From Chlorokybus atmophyticus (taxonomy: Eukaryota; Plantae; Mesostigma and Chlorokybus algae), in NCBI GenBank assembly GCA_009103225.1, contig RHPI01002990.1:762767-826766 (forward strand): DNA of 64,000 nt. Reading direction: 5' to 3'. The notes under the pieces are model-generated. The model was not told the DNA's origin. It did no database searches and was given only the letters and a program-made list of their open reading frames with translations. Shown here in pieces: positions 12,841 through 25,789 of this stretch (its first letter is position 1; each line of letters opens with the position of its first letter). The translations under genes and the position numbers were made by a program.

Positions 12841-14014
12841 TTTGGTATGTGACGAGCTGCTTCACAGTGTCCATTGCTTGGCAGTTTGCATACGCCAGCA
12901 GATCAGTTGCATGGCCTTATGTTATCTGGCAGTGTGGCATCTCTCTTGCGACTAGCCAAATGTGTGCATGTCTTTCTGGCGTGTTTTGTACAGTTCACCT
13001 TACCTTTCTGTAGGATGGATTCGGGATGTTGCTATGTAGTATTTCTGTTAGTAATTGTAGTGGTGACTGTTCCTTTCTTAGTCGCCCTTGCAAACAAGCC
13101 CCTAAGGTTCTTTGTTGCCCAACAGGGTTGTGTGTATCATTGACCGCGCGGATGTGCAAGTGTAAGTTCAGGGTGTAGCATCGAGGGGTCCCCCAGTACC
13201 AGTAGCAAGCAGACATATCAGTGACACAGCATAATTGAATCTACCAGGCAAACACATGCAGGACAACCCTCTATCAGCCTAAGCTACGCTAAGCCTGCTC
13301 CTATGAATACTCTCTGACTCTCTATATTACATCCAAACGTGACCAAGACTCAGTGTCAAAGCCATAACGCTAACACAACCACACAAGCCCAATACAACAA
13401 TAAGGCAAGTGCACATCACAACATCTCAACTATGCACACTATCATGCATCAGCTGGATGAGCCTCACATCAAGAGCACCGCCACGTCCAACACATCTGAC
13501 AGGGATGTAGTCATCAGGGTAGGTCGTGGTGATGGCCAGCCCGAGCACACGAATACAGCGGCCATGATATGCTCCCCACTGGTGGCGTCGTGCATACTCT
13601 ACTGCCTCACCTTGTCTGTGCCATTGCCGTTGCTGTTGAGGATGCTGCGGTAGTGAGCTCATAGAGATGCCTAGCAGCACTGCAAAAAATGCGAACTTTG
13701 GGTTTATGCAGAGCACTGTTTGCAAGTGCGAACGCGAGCTCTTCTACTATGCCAAGGCTTGCATGTCATTCAAAAGGCGTTTGCTCTCCTCTGGCAAATG
13801 TGCCATGTTGGACGACAACCGCAAGAATCTATAACATTGTGACACCAAGCTTGCTTTTGCTCATGGAGAGGGCAGGAAAGCATACAAACCACCTGCGAAT
13901 GCTTGTTGCTCACGCCTTCAAGGTGTGTGCATTAAACCACACAAAACAGCTATGCTTCATTTGATTAGCGAATTATGCAGCACTGCAACAGGCAACTACT
14001 TAACAGTCCTTCTA

Positions 14015-16917
14015 TTACGCATTACAAGCAGCATTTGTACTACGCGCAGCTGTCACTGCGAAAGATGTACTCCACCAACCGCATTGCGCATCAATACATA
14101 GCAACCTGTTCGCGCCAGAATCGGTTACAACAGTTGCTCCCGCTGCTGTTGGCTCCGCGTCATCGCTGCATAGACTGACCCTTGTTGGCGTTGAGCGCTG
14201 CTCACAGTCCCCCAGTCCCAGCTACAAGTCAAAACGTGTATGTGATGCACAGCTCCGTAGAAATACTTCAATGCAACACATCTCCGTTGCATCCTGTGTA
14301 CACTGGCTGCGTACCTGACCGTACTCGTTCCAGCCCCATGAAAAGGCTGATCCATTAGCTACAAGCAGCGCACACGAGCATACGTGTCAACAATGGGTAT
14401 GCAAGTGGGCGATGTTTCAGTGCATAGCGTTTCTGCACAGTACTGCAAATCCACTCACTGGTGATTGCAACAGTGTGACGTGCGCCGCATGATATCCGTT
14501 GGAGTGAATCCAACGACTCCAGCAAACAAGGCAACACCTGAAAACCAACCTTGTTGTTCAGTATTAGCAGCCACACAAAGTACATGTCGTAGTGAAGCAA
14601 CCCAAACGGCAAGACCAACGTTATGGTCATGCCTCGCTCTGTCGCTGTCCGCTCCCGACTTGCCCAAACTTGTTCCACCCGAAACAGTAGCCGGAGCCGT
14701 CACCAGTGAGACAAGCAGTATGCCAAAGACCTGTAGTTTGATGCGTCAACAACACAACTCTGATTGACAGTTTTGCTTTCAAAGGCATGCAAATGGAGAA
14801 AACCTACGTGTCCATACCGGCGGACACGGCGGTAACGCGCAGGCCGTTAAGGGCAGCAACCAGTGTTGGTTTGCTCGCATCGTCTGATATCCCGTGACCT
14901 GTCTGGCCATATAAGCCCCATCCAAATGTGTACAAATGCCCCTGGGCTGCAGAGCACATACTGAGTGTGAGCCCACCTATCATCAACAGGAAACTCAAAG
15001 CACCTGACCAAAACATGATGATGCGTTGTTTATGCAACAGTACACTACCTGATGTGTCGTAGCTTATATGCGACACGATATAGGATGCTTGTGCAAACGC
15101 GCAAGCACGCTTGCACATGCGCAAGCATGCGTGCTCATGTGCAACCTCGCGCACGCACGCTTGCTCGCATCCCCCCCTCCACCCACCCCACCCCACCCCA
15201 CGTGCACACGCATGTGCGAGACAAAGTGCCCTGTAACAGGTGCTAGTGATGGTTGTTGCCAACATGCCTGTAACAACAGCGCTGTGGCGAGCACCGCATG
15301 CAACCGCCACGGCTCGGTCATGAGGCCACGCAGCTTCGGACCAGACAGCTGGTACACGTTGCGGCTCGCTACACGAGCTGGCACCAGCATGTGCCACAGC
15401 TGCCTTGTCTAAGCCAAGCTGGCTATCTGCGTTGTCTCCCCAGGCGTAAATTTGTCCATCATCTGCATCACACACAACCAGTCAGCACTGCTGCAGTGTT
15501 GTTATGCGAGTGCATGCGTGTACCTGTGAGTGCGAGACTGTGACGGTCGCCAGCTGCGACAGACACCACTTTGACTGAGGGGTTGAATGGCACTTTGGTC
15601 AAAGGGAAGAGCGATGTGTATGCGTTTGAACTGCCTGCCAGCAAACGTTTGTTCATGCACTCGCTGAAAGTGTACTCCATCCTTGCAACAGGTTTGTCAA
15701 GCAGTGACCTTGACTACAGCAATCCGTGTTAGTTGCTAGTAACCCACCAGGAATGGCTTGCTGATGCCCATTCCATCCGCCAGCAAACACAATACCTCCC
15801 TCTGCTCTTCACACGCACAAGCATGTTGGTTCAAGCAGCCGCGGGTGTAGTATCAAATTTGTATTGTATGGGGTCGGAATCCTCACGACTCCTGTCATCA
15901 AACTGCTCAAGTGTGCTACCTGAGCAGGCGACAACATGCGCCCAACCAGCTGCTGCAACCTTTACGCGATCATCATGCGATGAGGATTGATGGATGGGCA
16001 GCTCGCATAAGCCGCTCTGCTGCGATAGTAGTGTCACACCCACACTTTGGTACAATTGTTTCAAGTCCTCACAGCCGCTGGAGGTGTGCACATACCGTAT
16101 GTGATGTAAATGTTGAGCTTGTTGAGGACGTATCCTCACTGTGCTGTGGTAGCTCACCCCAACCGTACAGTCGGCCCTCACCTGCATACGCAGGCACACT
16201 CAGTCAGTGTGCAAATACAAGTTTGACACTGGACGCCCACCATTGCCCCGCATACGCGCAAACCTTGTCGTGGCGTGTTGTTGACATGCTGTGCATTGTC
16301 AGTACATGCATCCCAGCTTTTACTACTAAGCCGAGAGCGAGTTGCACCAAGCGGCTGTAGTCTACTGCTCATAAGGGCGGCTGGCATGCAGCTGGCATTG
16401 GCACATTGCCAGGTGTGCATTCAGCACAGCTAAGCGTCCTGAGCACGGATAGATTATGCATCCACACCAAGATAGATGAATACGTGATTGGTCAGATGTC
16501 ACACAGCGGCCACCTTGACCCTGAGTTGCAACGACATGAATTGCCAAAGCAGCGACGGTAAACAGGGTGAACATGCAAGCAACAATGAAAGGTTGTGTTT
16601 CGTTCAAGGCAGCACGAAGAAAGAGGGGTGCAGTATAATATTACTGGTTAGCATTTCAAGCCATTATATGCTAACTCTGCTTGTTGATGGCTACCTGACA
16701 CGAAGAGAGCAAAGCCATAGCCGCCTCCCGCGCTGCTGGCAGCAGCAGGCACAGGCACAGGCACGGGCACATGGTAACGTAGCGAGCCCGGCCCCTCTGC
16801 CCCTGTCCCCGCCCCTGCCCGTGCCTCTTCTCTTCCCGGTACTGACCCCGCCACGTAGCCGCACACCAGCCATGACACCGCCGGTGCCGCCGCCGCCGCC
16901 GCCGCCGTTGCCGCCAT
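14015..16917 (-). CDS. RCC1-repeat (beta-propeller) protein, resembling the plant TCF1-like RCC1 subfamily
   Basis: Spliced: MAATAAAA..WLVCGYVAGSVPG..SAGGGYGFALFVSGEGRLYGWG, VAAAGWAHVVACS, VAAGDRHSLALT, IYAWGDNADSQLG, VACGARHSAVVT, LYTFGWGLYGQTGHG, FGWNKFGQVG, ISCGARHTVAIT, FSWGWNEYGQLGLG; stop TAA at 14015-14017. The subfamily call is from recalled GGGxGFA and AGWAH motifs. Confidence 0.9.
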
Positions 16918-17791
16918 GCATTCCCACACCGCGGGCCCCGCAGTGACCGTGGCTGGGCTGGTGCCTGCAAGTTGAACTGACGGTAGAGCCACAAAGCCCG
17001 CTACACAAGGAAGGTTGCGGGCTGTACTGCAGTGATGCGTTTGAGAGATTGATGAGACTGCAGTAGTACAAAGCAGCGTGCTAGAGACGAAAGTTGCCCA
17101 GTTACAAGGCTTGCTTTTATGGGTTGGGTGCATTGTGTGCACCGTTCCACAGTGCAGTTGCCTGGTTGTAATGTGTATACAGAATAGTATGGATGTGTGT
17201 GAAGTACTGCACTGCTTGGATGGGTATAACCCGCAATTGGTTCTTCGGTGGAGCAACATGAGACAGCTGCCGCGCGACGCAGCTGTGCTTTAACAATGTG
17301 CAAGCGTTGTACGCAAACCATGCACACCTTAAAAAAGTCAAAAGACAAGCAAGGGGAAGCAAGAGTATGTGCGCAGCCGGCAGAGTGTTTCTCTTCAATC
17401 TTATTGTGCAAGTAACACTCAACACTGGCTATGCACATGTGTTGCACGGGAAGCTCTGAGACATTGTAAACACAGGCTTGGTGCAAGTCTCCAGTCAGCG
17501 TCTGGTCCATTACTGATTACCTTCCTACTCACAACGTTGTTGCTTTCCTCTCACTCTGCTTGTTACCATATGCACGTGGTGTTACACTGCCGCCGAGGAC
17601 GACCACCGTGCTTGCATAGCATGTGCTCTGTGCCTGGAAAGATGAGCATGTTTACAACGGCCATGGCACGCGATGGCAGAGTAGAAGCAGACAGCCCTGC
17701 AAGTGACACATACCTTCAGCGGTGCCAACAGTGTAACTGTTAAGCATAACATGTAACGATTAAACAACACGCAGGCAAAAGTATGGCATAG

Positions 17792-18946
17792 TCAGTTATC
17801 CTGCACGCTGATGAAAGCTTTGAACTCGCTGAAAGACAGCTTCCCGTCCTTATCAACGTCAAACCGTTGCAGAGAGGAGTCAACAATCTGCGATGCACAA
17901 TATATGTGTTGGGGATGAAGGTCTTGGCACAAGAACTGTGTGACCAACGTTATGTGCTGACCACCTCTGCTTACTTGCTGATGTTGTGCTTCGCTAATGC
18001 TTGGATCCAACATGTGCCGAAGCGCGGAGGCCAACTCCTCCCTTGAAATGTAGTTGTCGCCATTGATGTCATAAACGTTGAAAGCAACTGCAAGAAGAGG
18101 CTGCGAGTGAGCCATCTATGTCATGTTATGTGCAACACTACATTATGGCTGTCAATGTGGTACATTGTTGTGTCTTCTCCTCGCTGCCGCTCATCACCAT
18201 GACATCCGACATCGCGGTTGCAAACTCCACAAAATTTAGCTTGCCGTCCTTATTCTTATCAAATGTCTCAAATACTTGTGAAACAAACACGTTGTTTGCT
18301 GCACACAGCAGTCAAGTCAAAAGGTAGCCTAGCACAACGCACAAGCTGCAGCATTCAAAGCTACACTATGCAAAGCGATTGGATCAGATGAACAACGACT
18401 GCCTGAAACTGACAGCTTGTGCAACAGCTTACTGAGCTCTGGCAGCTGCGCAAACTGGTGACGCATGAGGCCATCAGCGCCTGGATCCAGCAATCTGACA
18501 TAACGTCGGTAGAGGTAGGCAAGCTGCTTCTTGTCAACTGCCAGACAAGAGTAGCAGTTATTAATTGGCATGCTTGCTCGGGTTATGCAACGACCTGGTG
18601 CATGCTGGTATGTAACAACACATACTTAATGAACACGAAACAACACAGATGAGTGTGCCTTGTAGATTACAAAAGCACGCTCTCGTACAACCAAACGGCG
18701 TTACTTTACAAACAAATGAGCACATCAAATGCATGGGTCGGTTGCTCATCATTAGCAAGCAAGTGCCAATGCATCGTAATTGATCCTTGCACGCGTTGCA
18801 AGCTTCATAGCCTATACTTGGTCAGACACCAATGCATGCATTCCCTTCCAGCTGCAGTGCGTGCAGGCAAGAAAAGTTGCCTTACACTGTGTCGCTCCAT
18901 CCAGTTGTCGAGCCAACGCCGCAGGTAAGCTCGGCCCAGCACCCAT
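17792..18946 (-). CDS. Calcineurin B subunit-like EF-hand protein with N-myristoylation Gly2 (5 exons, about 170 aa)
   Basis: Spliced: MGAGPSLPAALARQLDGATQF/DKKQLAYLYRRY..FAQLPEL/TNNVFVSQVFETFDKNKDGKLNFVEF..EEKTQQF/AFNVYDINGDNYISREEL..EAQHQQ/IVDSSLQRFDVDKDGKLSFSEF. All junctions are in frame and colinear with CNB/CHP proteins. Confidence 0.9.
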
Positions 18947-19486
18947 GAAGGAGGCACTCACCTCCTTACCACCAATTAACCTCTCCACACAACCCTACGG
19001 CTGGCAACAGTGTGACACACGCAGTCAGCCAGCTTGCCTGCACACCTGCCGCGTCTGGCTTAAGCGGCCAACACAAGTGCTGGAGCTTCAGCAGACCAGG
19101 ACACTCCAGCTGCGGGGACAGTGGTTGAGCAGCAACTGCTGCTCGGAACTAAATAGAATAGAAAGCTCAGCTGATGGACTGCTTGCTGGCTGGATGGCGC
19201 CAAGCAGGTAAGCAACACCAGCAGCAAACGACACTTCAGCCGCAACACACCGCAATAAGAGAGCTTGCATGCCCCAAATGAAGCGACACACGCAATCTGC
19301 AGCTTCACTGCACCTTGTCAAAGCGCAACAGAGCGCAGAACAGCACAAGCGCAGTGTCACATCCAACAACCAGCTTTTCAAGTGGTTTAAACAAAAGAAC
19401 AAAGCGCCGAAGCAAGCAGCGTGTCCAGACACGCTGTTGCGTATGTGGCTGCGTACTGTTGCTGCGTGTGCCGAGACGTGTCTGGA

Positions 19487-19495
19487 AAACCCTAA
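19487..19495. promoter_or_regulatory. Telo-box AAACCCTAA between the divergent CNB-like and orphan genes
   Basis: Exact plant telo-box sequence; function is inferred. Confidence 0.35.
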
Positions 19496-19827
19496 GCAAG
19501 GCCTAACCCACACTGCGGGGAGATGGTGTTGGCGATGTGGTCGAGGACATTGGCGGCGGAGGTGGCGACGTGGTTGGCGGAGGTAGTGTGACCTCCCTTG
19601 AGAGCGCTCGCTGTTGGTGTTGCTTCTGTCGACAATTCCTGCATGCATTTTGGGCATACTCGGAAACTTGCAAGGTTGAGAGGGAAATTGGGCCAGGATC
19701 AAGTGACTAGGCGTTTAAAAGCGTAGCATTGTACAGGCAGGGGCTTTAGGCGACATTTAGTGTAGTTACTAGGCTGTTCTCCTTGACGTTAGGGAGCAGA
19801 GCTTTGCCGTCTCAGAACGGAAGTCCC

Positions 19828-22800
19828 ATGGTGGGCTATTTATCTCCGGTGGTGGACAATTGTGGAGCGCGACATCCCCACTCAGGTAACCTCAGCGCTA
19901 GTCCTGTCAGCAGCTGATTTTTTTCAGGTGGTCCCATTGCTGTCAAAGCCCCTGAGACATGTGCGCAAGCATGGCACTTGCTACATTTTACAAATTGCTC
20001 ATTATTGGGAGCTCCGCGTCACTGTGGACAGTGCTGACATGAGGAAGTGCACTTGGTGTGCGCAGTTGGCCATGCGGCCTTCTATTGTCACAATCGCACT
20101 CAGCAGCCACTATCATCGTGAAATGACGGTTGTGCTGCACAACCATCCGCACTACTTGCGCTGTGGCTGGACCTGTTGACATTTGATAGGCAACTTTGCA
20201 ACGATTTATCCAATTCAATCACCGTATGCCAGTACATGGAAGCTTTGTCAAGCATGACAATCCTTCTCCTTCCCCTCAAAAAGCATGGATGTAGTGTGGT
20301 CATGTGCACACAACCACGTTGCGCACGCAGGTTTGTTAAGCTGTCTGCAATGGACTTAAACTTACCGGCAGAGGAGGTATCCACACCCTTTGGCAATGCC
20401 AAGGTACATGTGACCAGCTTTCTGTCATTTTGGCAAGACTGGGCTCTGTACTGACAGTGCTGCTTGGGTCATGGATGCAGGGCGCACTAGAGCAAACTGC
20501 TCTCCTCGGCTCAGCACGCAGGCACTCGATAGGTACATGTTGTTCATAGTCACCAGCTGCGCGTGACATGTACAAGTATATGTAAAAGTGTATTGCTAAG
20601 CCAGCCTTCTCCTGCTGGTAGCACTGATCCAAAAGCAGCCGTCTGTGGCCGTGTGCATATGGCTCTGCATTGTGCTAAGTTGTGTTGTTAGGTACCACCC
20701 TTTCACATGGTTCGCTGCATTTTGGAGGCGAGGACGGATTGTACAGGTGAGACGCGCGATGTCTTCAGTGTATCTGTGTTGCATCTGCTTGGGCTGATGC
20801 CAAGTTTGGGCGCAGAGGATACGATAGCAATGATTCAGATCGCTACCAGTCCCTGTTCCTATTTGAGGTGGGAGTTAGCTGTAGACATGTCTACAACATG
20901 TCCTTGCAGGTAGTTACATTGTGCCGCTGTTGCACTCACCAACTAACTCACACCTTGGGCAGCCCATCTCCACATCATCCTTAGGAGAAAGCCACATAGT
21001 CTCGGGCGAGTTGGATTTATTTGAGACTTCAGGCAACAATGCGCTGGGTCAGTTTCATGGGTTGCACTTTGCAGGCCCTCGTCAAGTGCTTCAAATGTGC
21101 AAGTCAGTTTGTTGAGAAATGCTTGGTTGTTGCGCAGATTTCGAGGCAAACAACGAATCAAGACACTCCTTCCCCACATTCCATGTTGGCAGTGGCGACG
21201 ATAGCAGCCATCCAACTACATTGCAAGCTAGCAAACAGTACAGGCAGCAAAGACCAGCTGCACCGACACCTCCAGCACTTTGCAGCACCTCCGCATTGGG
21301 GTGCAGCTTCCAGTAAGGCCATCGCTGTTTGCAGATGTTGTTGCCAGTGCTGTGGCCCATCCGTAACAACCGTTTGGCCAGGTTGCCGGCCCTGCACATA
21401 CAACAAGACCCTGGCACATCACCCTCCCAGTGCCTTGCTGAGAGGACACCAGTTGATCCCATTGCTATAGCGACACCTGCAGCGCAAACGCCGAGCAACC
21501 GCAAAAAGAAGACTGCGGCACAGCCCAGTCATTTACCGGTTCTTGAAAGGCAGAGCACAGCACAGCTGACAGCTGAACAGGCTCAAACAACAGCGAGCCC
21601 CTGTAAACACGCTTTCGACGCTGCAGTTGGTGTTGATGACACAAAGCGCCGACGCGAGATGCGTCGCCAGAAAGTAGAGCAGCAGCGCTTTCTGCGAAAG
21701 CAACTCTCCGCGGCGTATCTCAACAAGCGCTTTGATGCAATCCAGTCACCCACGCGCTGTGCTTCTGAGCAGATTATTAGGCCAGGTCAGGATAAGGCTG
21801 CGAGTGGCAGTCAACACCCGCTCGCATCCGCACCAGCTGGACAGGTTGCCAATGGCCACCAAGCAGCGTATGAAGCTTTGCCTTCCAAAGCCGTGACAGT
21901 TAGCCCGAAAACACAGCGCAATAAGGCCGTGAGCAAGGTTTGGCGCAGTCACAAAAACAACTCTTTACCCAAGGTATCCGCTCTTTCACGCAGCCCACAA
22001 CCAACGCTGGCAGCAACACAAGCGGTAAGCATTTGCCATGCTTGTCAGCAGATTCAAGTGGACTTCCAGGCTCATACCAAATCTGTATGCTTTGTGCCGT
22101 TTTCAGCAGGGCCACATTGCTTTGCCGTCAAGAACAGGACCGCCAAGCACTCGCATACGCAAGCAGGTTGGTTCTGGCTTGCATGAGTTCAGTGTGATAG
22201 GAGAGCATGCTCAACCCACAAGATGTTGTCACAGGTCCTTCAAAGCCAATTCGCGCAGCAGATCTGCTCTGCAGATACAGATGATAGCAGGAGAAGGGCA
22301 GAGGATGCCATCATTGCAAAGGCATGGCTACAGTTGGCGACAGTGGACATACCATCTCATTGTAGCATATTTAAAGCTGCTCAATCATGGCGGAAGTGTG
22401 TCGCAAAGCAGGCAGCTGATGCTTGCAAGCAGAAGGTATGTTGTGATTGCTGGTTGCGTCACTCAGCATGCATTTTATGGCTGACTGAGTGGGTGGTAGG
22501 TGCAGCACAATTCTACCGTGGAGAAACCTCGCGTTGTAAGCAGTCGACCACATTGTAAATTGCTGTACAGTTTCCCTCCAACCCTTGCACATAATCACCA
22601 GACAGACCAGTTCAATTCGCGAACACCTGGTATACGTGTTTGTTTCTATTTGTTGTACAGAGTTCGCTGTGAACAGCACTGACTGGCGTGTGCTGCATGG
22701 CAGACGGCTGTCTCGCACGCAATTGGCTTTCTCTTGCTACAGAGGGGCCCAAGCAAGGCAGTTCAGCCCATGAGCCTGCCAATGCATATTGCGGGACTTC

Positions 22801-23143
22801 CAAACACCTGACTGAGCTGAATTTCCGCGGCTTGTTGTGCAATGGTAATTTGTCTCTCAGCCACCGAACACACATTATCACGCCGCAAGACCGCACCGAG
22901 CAACCCCTGGTGCTCAGTTGTTGGGGAGATGAGCTTCGCAGAGAGCCTTTGAGTAGAGTGGCTGTTGGAGAGTTGGCTTCTTCCCTCGCAGCAGCGAACC
23001 ACGGCCAAGTCGTTCCATCAGCATGCACAACAGCAGCGTTGGACGCATACACATCAAAGGGCAAGCGCTCGCACAAACGGAAACTGCTCGTTTCTGACAC
23101 GGCACATGTACCACATACGCATAGCGACATGTTGCATGCTTAG
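19828..23143 (+). CDS. Uncharacterised multi-exon protein; start and 5' exons uncertain
   Basis: A 285-codon ORF at 21329-22186 (basic helix KRRREMRRQKVEQQRFLRKQL) sits between ORFs bounded by good splice sites (20350-20402, 20481-20532, 20910-21095, 21138-21312, 22234-22435, about 22660-23143). No family recognised. Confidence 0.5.
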
Positions 23144-25728
23144 TGCTTAACGTCCTCCCAGCGGGTGATCACACTGCGGATAGATGACAGCATTGCTGTC
23201 TTTCGCATGGTTTGTTGCAGTCGTGCTGCAAGGCAGTTGTGCTGTATGGCAGTTGTGCTGTATACCGCAAGTGCTGAAAGAAATGCTACGGTGCGGATAT
23301 CTGCCATTTGTAATTGCTACTCGAAGACCATGCAGTAATCTCGACTCTGGCTGCCTGCATGGGTCGGGTCACTAGGGATGAACTACTATGGTAGTGTAGC
23401 AGGTCGCGCTGAGCATACCCATGTATAGGGTATGCTCCGTAGTCATTCCAGGTTGCACACGTGCTCATGTGCGGGCAGTCAGTATCCAAATACAAACTAG
23501 CACAACCAACACCAACACACTTGTTACACCTTAGGCCTTCACCACTTATCCTACACCACATGTATGTACAAGACTTGAGAGCTGCGCGCAGCAGATTAAC
23601 ATGGCACAATCTGCAGGTAGTTGTGGTGACGCATAGCAAGCGGTAGAGGAGGCACGCATAGCATCACTCAGTTAGATTTGGGCCAAGACAGAGCTTTGCA
23701 ATTGACAATTAACACGATACCTAGACTCTAGCTAATGCTAGACCAACCAAAGACCTTACACCAGACCCTCAAGTAGGCAGGAGCAGATGGCTAGCAAGTA
23801 GCAAGGAGACAATCACAACCTGCAGAAGAAGCACACCCAACCACACTTATGCCAACGCCCAATCCCAGGCTTAACTCGCTGCTTTGAATCCTTAAGTTGG
23901 AAGGTTGAGCCATTGTTGCCTCTGCCAAATGCCTACCCCACTGCCATCGCATTGCACAACACATAGCATACAGCATGTACGCATGAACGCATGTATGTGC
24001 GGGCGGTCCCATTGCCCCTCATACAATGCTCACCTCACTTCATTACTTGCCTCATAAGCGTAAAAGTAATTGGGCACAGCAAAGTCCGTGGTGACATCAC
24101 GCACCTAGCGTGCGTATGTAGTCACGTGCTTCAACACATACATGCTGCAGAATTACCGATTGCATGGAGTTGTCGCGAGTAAGCAAGGCCACATTCTTAA
24201 CACTGTGCAACCACGCTTCATGGTTAGAGTAGTGCACTCTGTCCAACAGGGTGCACTATAAACGCGTCGGTCAAAATTGCAATAACCCGTGCGCTATGGA
24301 CTGCAATCGATACGCGCTACGCAATAACATTAAGTGACAACGCGCACCAAAACTGGGTTTAATATACGGCATGTCGATTGCTACAGCTTTACCCATATGC
24401 AAGAGTGTCGGTATTGATTTAGCATGATCTCATGAAACTGTACATTCACTACGATATCTTGCCATTGGAGGTATGGCGAATGCAATCAGTTAACACAAAT
24501 GTGGTGCAACGAGTTGGTTACTTGTAGATCACAGATATAAGCATTGGTGCGTGGCATGCACCAATACATGTATAGCCATATGCATATTGCTCGTGTTTAA
24601 TGTGCCACGTGGCACTTTCTAAGCATGTTTCATTATATTGTGAGACATTCATGTGATTGTGTCCGTCGTTGGTTGCGGCAGAGCTCTTCCCTACATTTGC
24701 TCGTTATAGACAATATTATTATAGCAACGGTTGTTACCTGGCAGCGATTCCAACTATTTGATAGCTGTTCGCCATCGGTGAGGCTTTTTCACCAATGTGA
24801 AGGCTCCATGACTTCCACAAAGTCATAGCGAACATTGATTCAAACAATTAAAATCGTTGTTTGACATGGGGCGAGGCTGTTTTACTTAGTGGAAGCTCAA
24901 TGACCTTCCTAAGCTGGTAGCCTTTGGTTTGCTGCAACCTAAAGCACTTAACCAAAGTTGCTTCATGCAGCTGTATGTTTCAACACAAAATGCAATTAGG
25001 CTAACTTGAATCCTTGCCGCCACGCGGTGCTATGCAATGTTGTTTATAATTACCGATGATTAATGTCATCCTAATGTCTTTGTACAAAACGCACAAGGTA
25101 TATATGCCAACGCATGGCAAGCAATCTATTTGTGCATGCGTTGCACAATATTTATAAGCCTTGAACTTCAAGCTTAACAAGCGTACAATTTTGATGTGAA
25201 TGAAAACAATACATGAAAATTCATTTTTAAAGCACGGATACATACTATCAATAATATCCACAATCAATTCCTATTGATGTTGTCTTTTGTGTGTATAACA
25301 GCAAAAATTTGTTGATTACTTTACAGACATTACACTATGGGTTGTGGTTCACAATATATGATGTAATAAACGCATTATAAAATGATATCACAACCCTTGT
25401 ACGCTTACGTAGCTATTGCGCATGAAGTCATACCATTTCAATCAATGAACACATGATATGACAACTGTTTTGCTTCATATGAAAAGTGTACATGTGTAAA
25501 CTTCGTACATGTGTAAACCTTACGCTCGGTTTGAACCGAGTTTGCATGACGCCAACTTATTCAACTATACATGCCATGTATACTATACAGTAACAGTAAT
25601 TGTAATCATCATGCAAGCATGATACATGCGTTACAAACTATTATAAACAAGTACTACAAAACATGGATGCAGTAGATAATGATAAACACGCAATGTCTTT
25701 ATGTACCATGCATGTTCAACCAATTTGT

Positions 25729-25789
25729 CGGGACGGGGCGGGATGGGGGGCGCAATTTATGAAATTGCCCCCCCTCCCGCCCCGTCCCG
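25729..25789. repeat. G-arm/C-arm inverted repeat (about 28-30 bp arms, 3-nt loop)
   Basis: cgggacggggcgggatggggggcgcaattt-atg-aaattgccccccctcccgccccgtcccg. Confidence 0.9.

Noticed and set aside
23286-24012. Possible small minus-strand gene
   Set aside because: Exon-like pieces do not join into a convincing frame.
25488-25541. 17-bp tandem duplication and a 7-bp hairpin
   Set aside because: Too short to distinguish from local slippage or chance.
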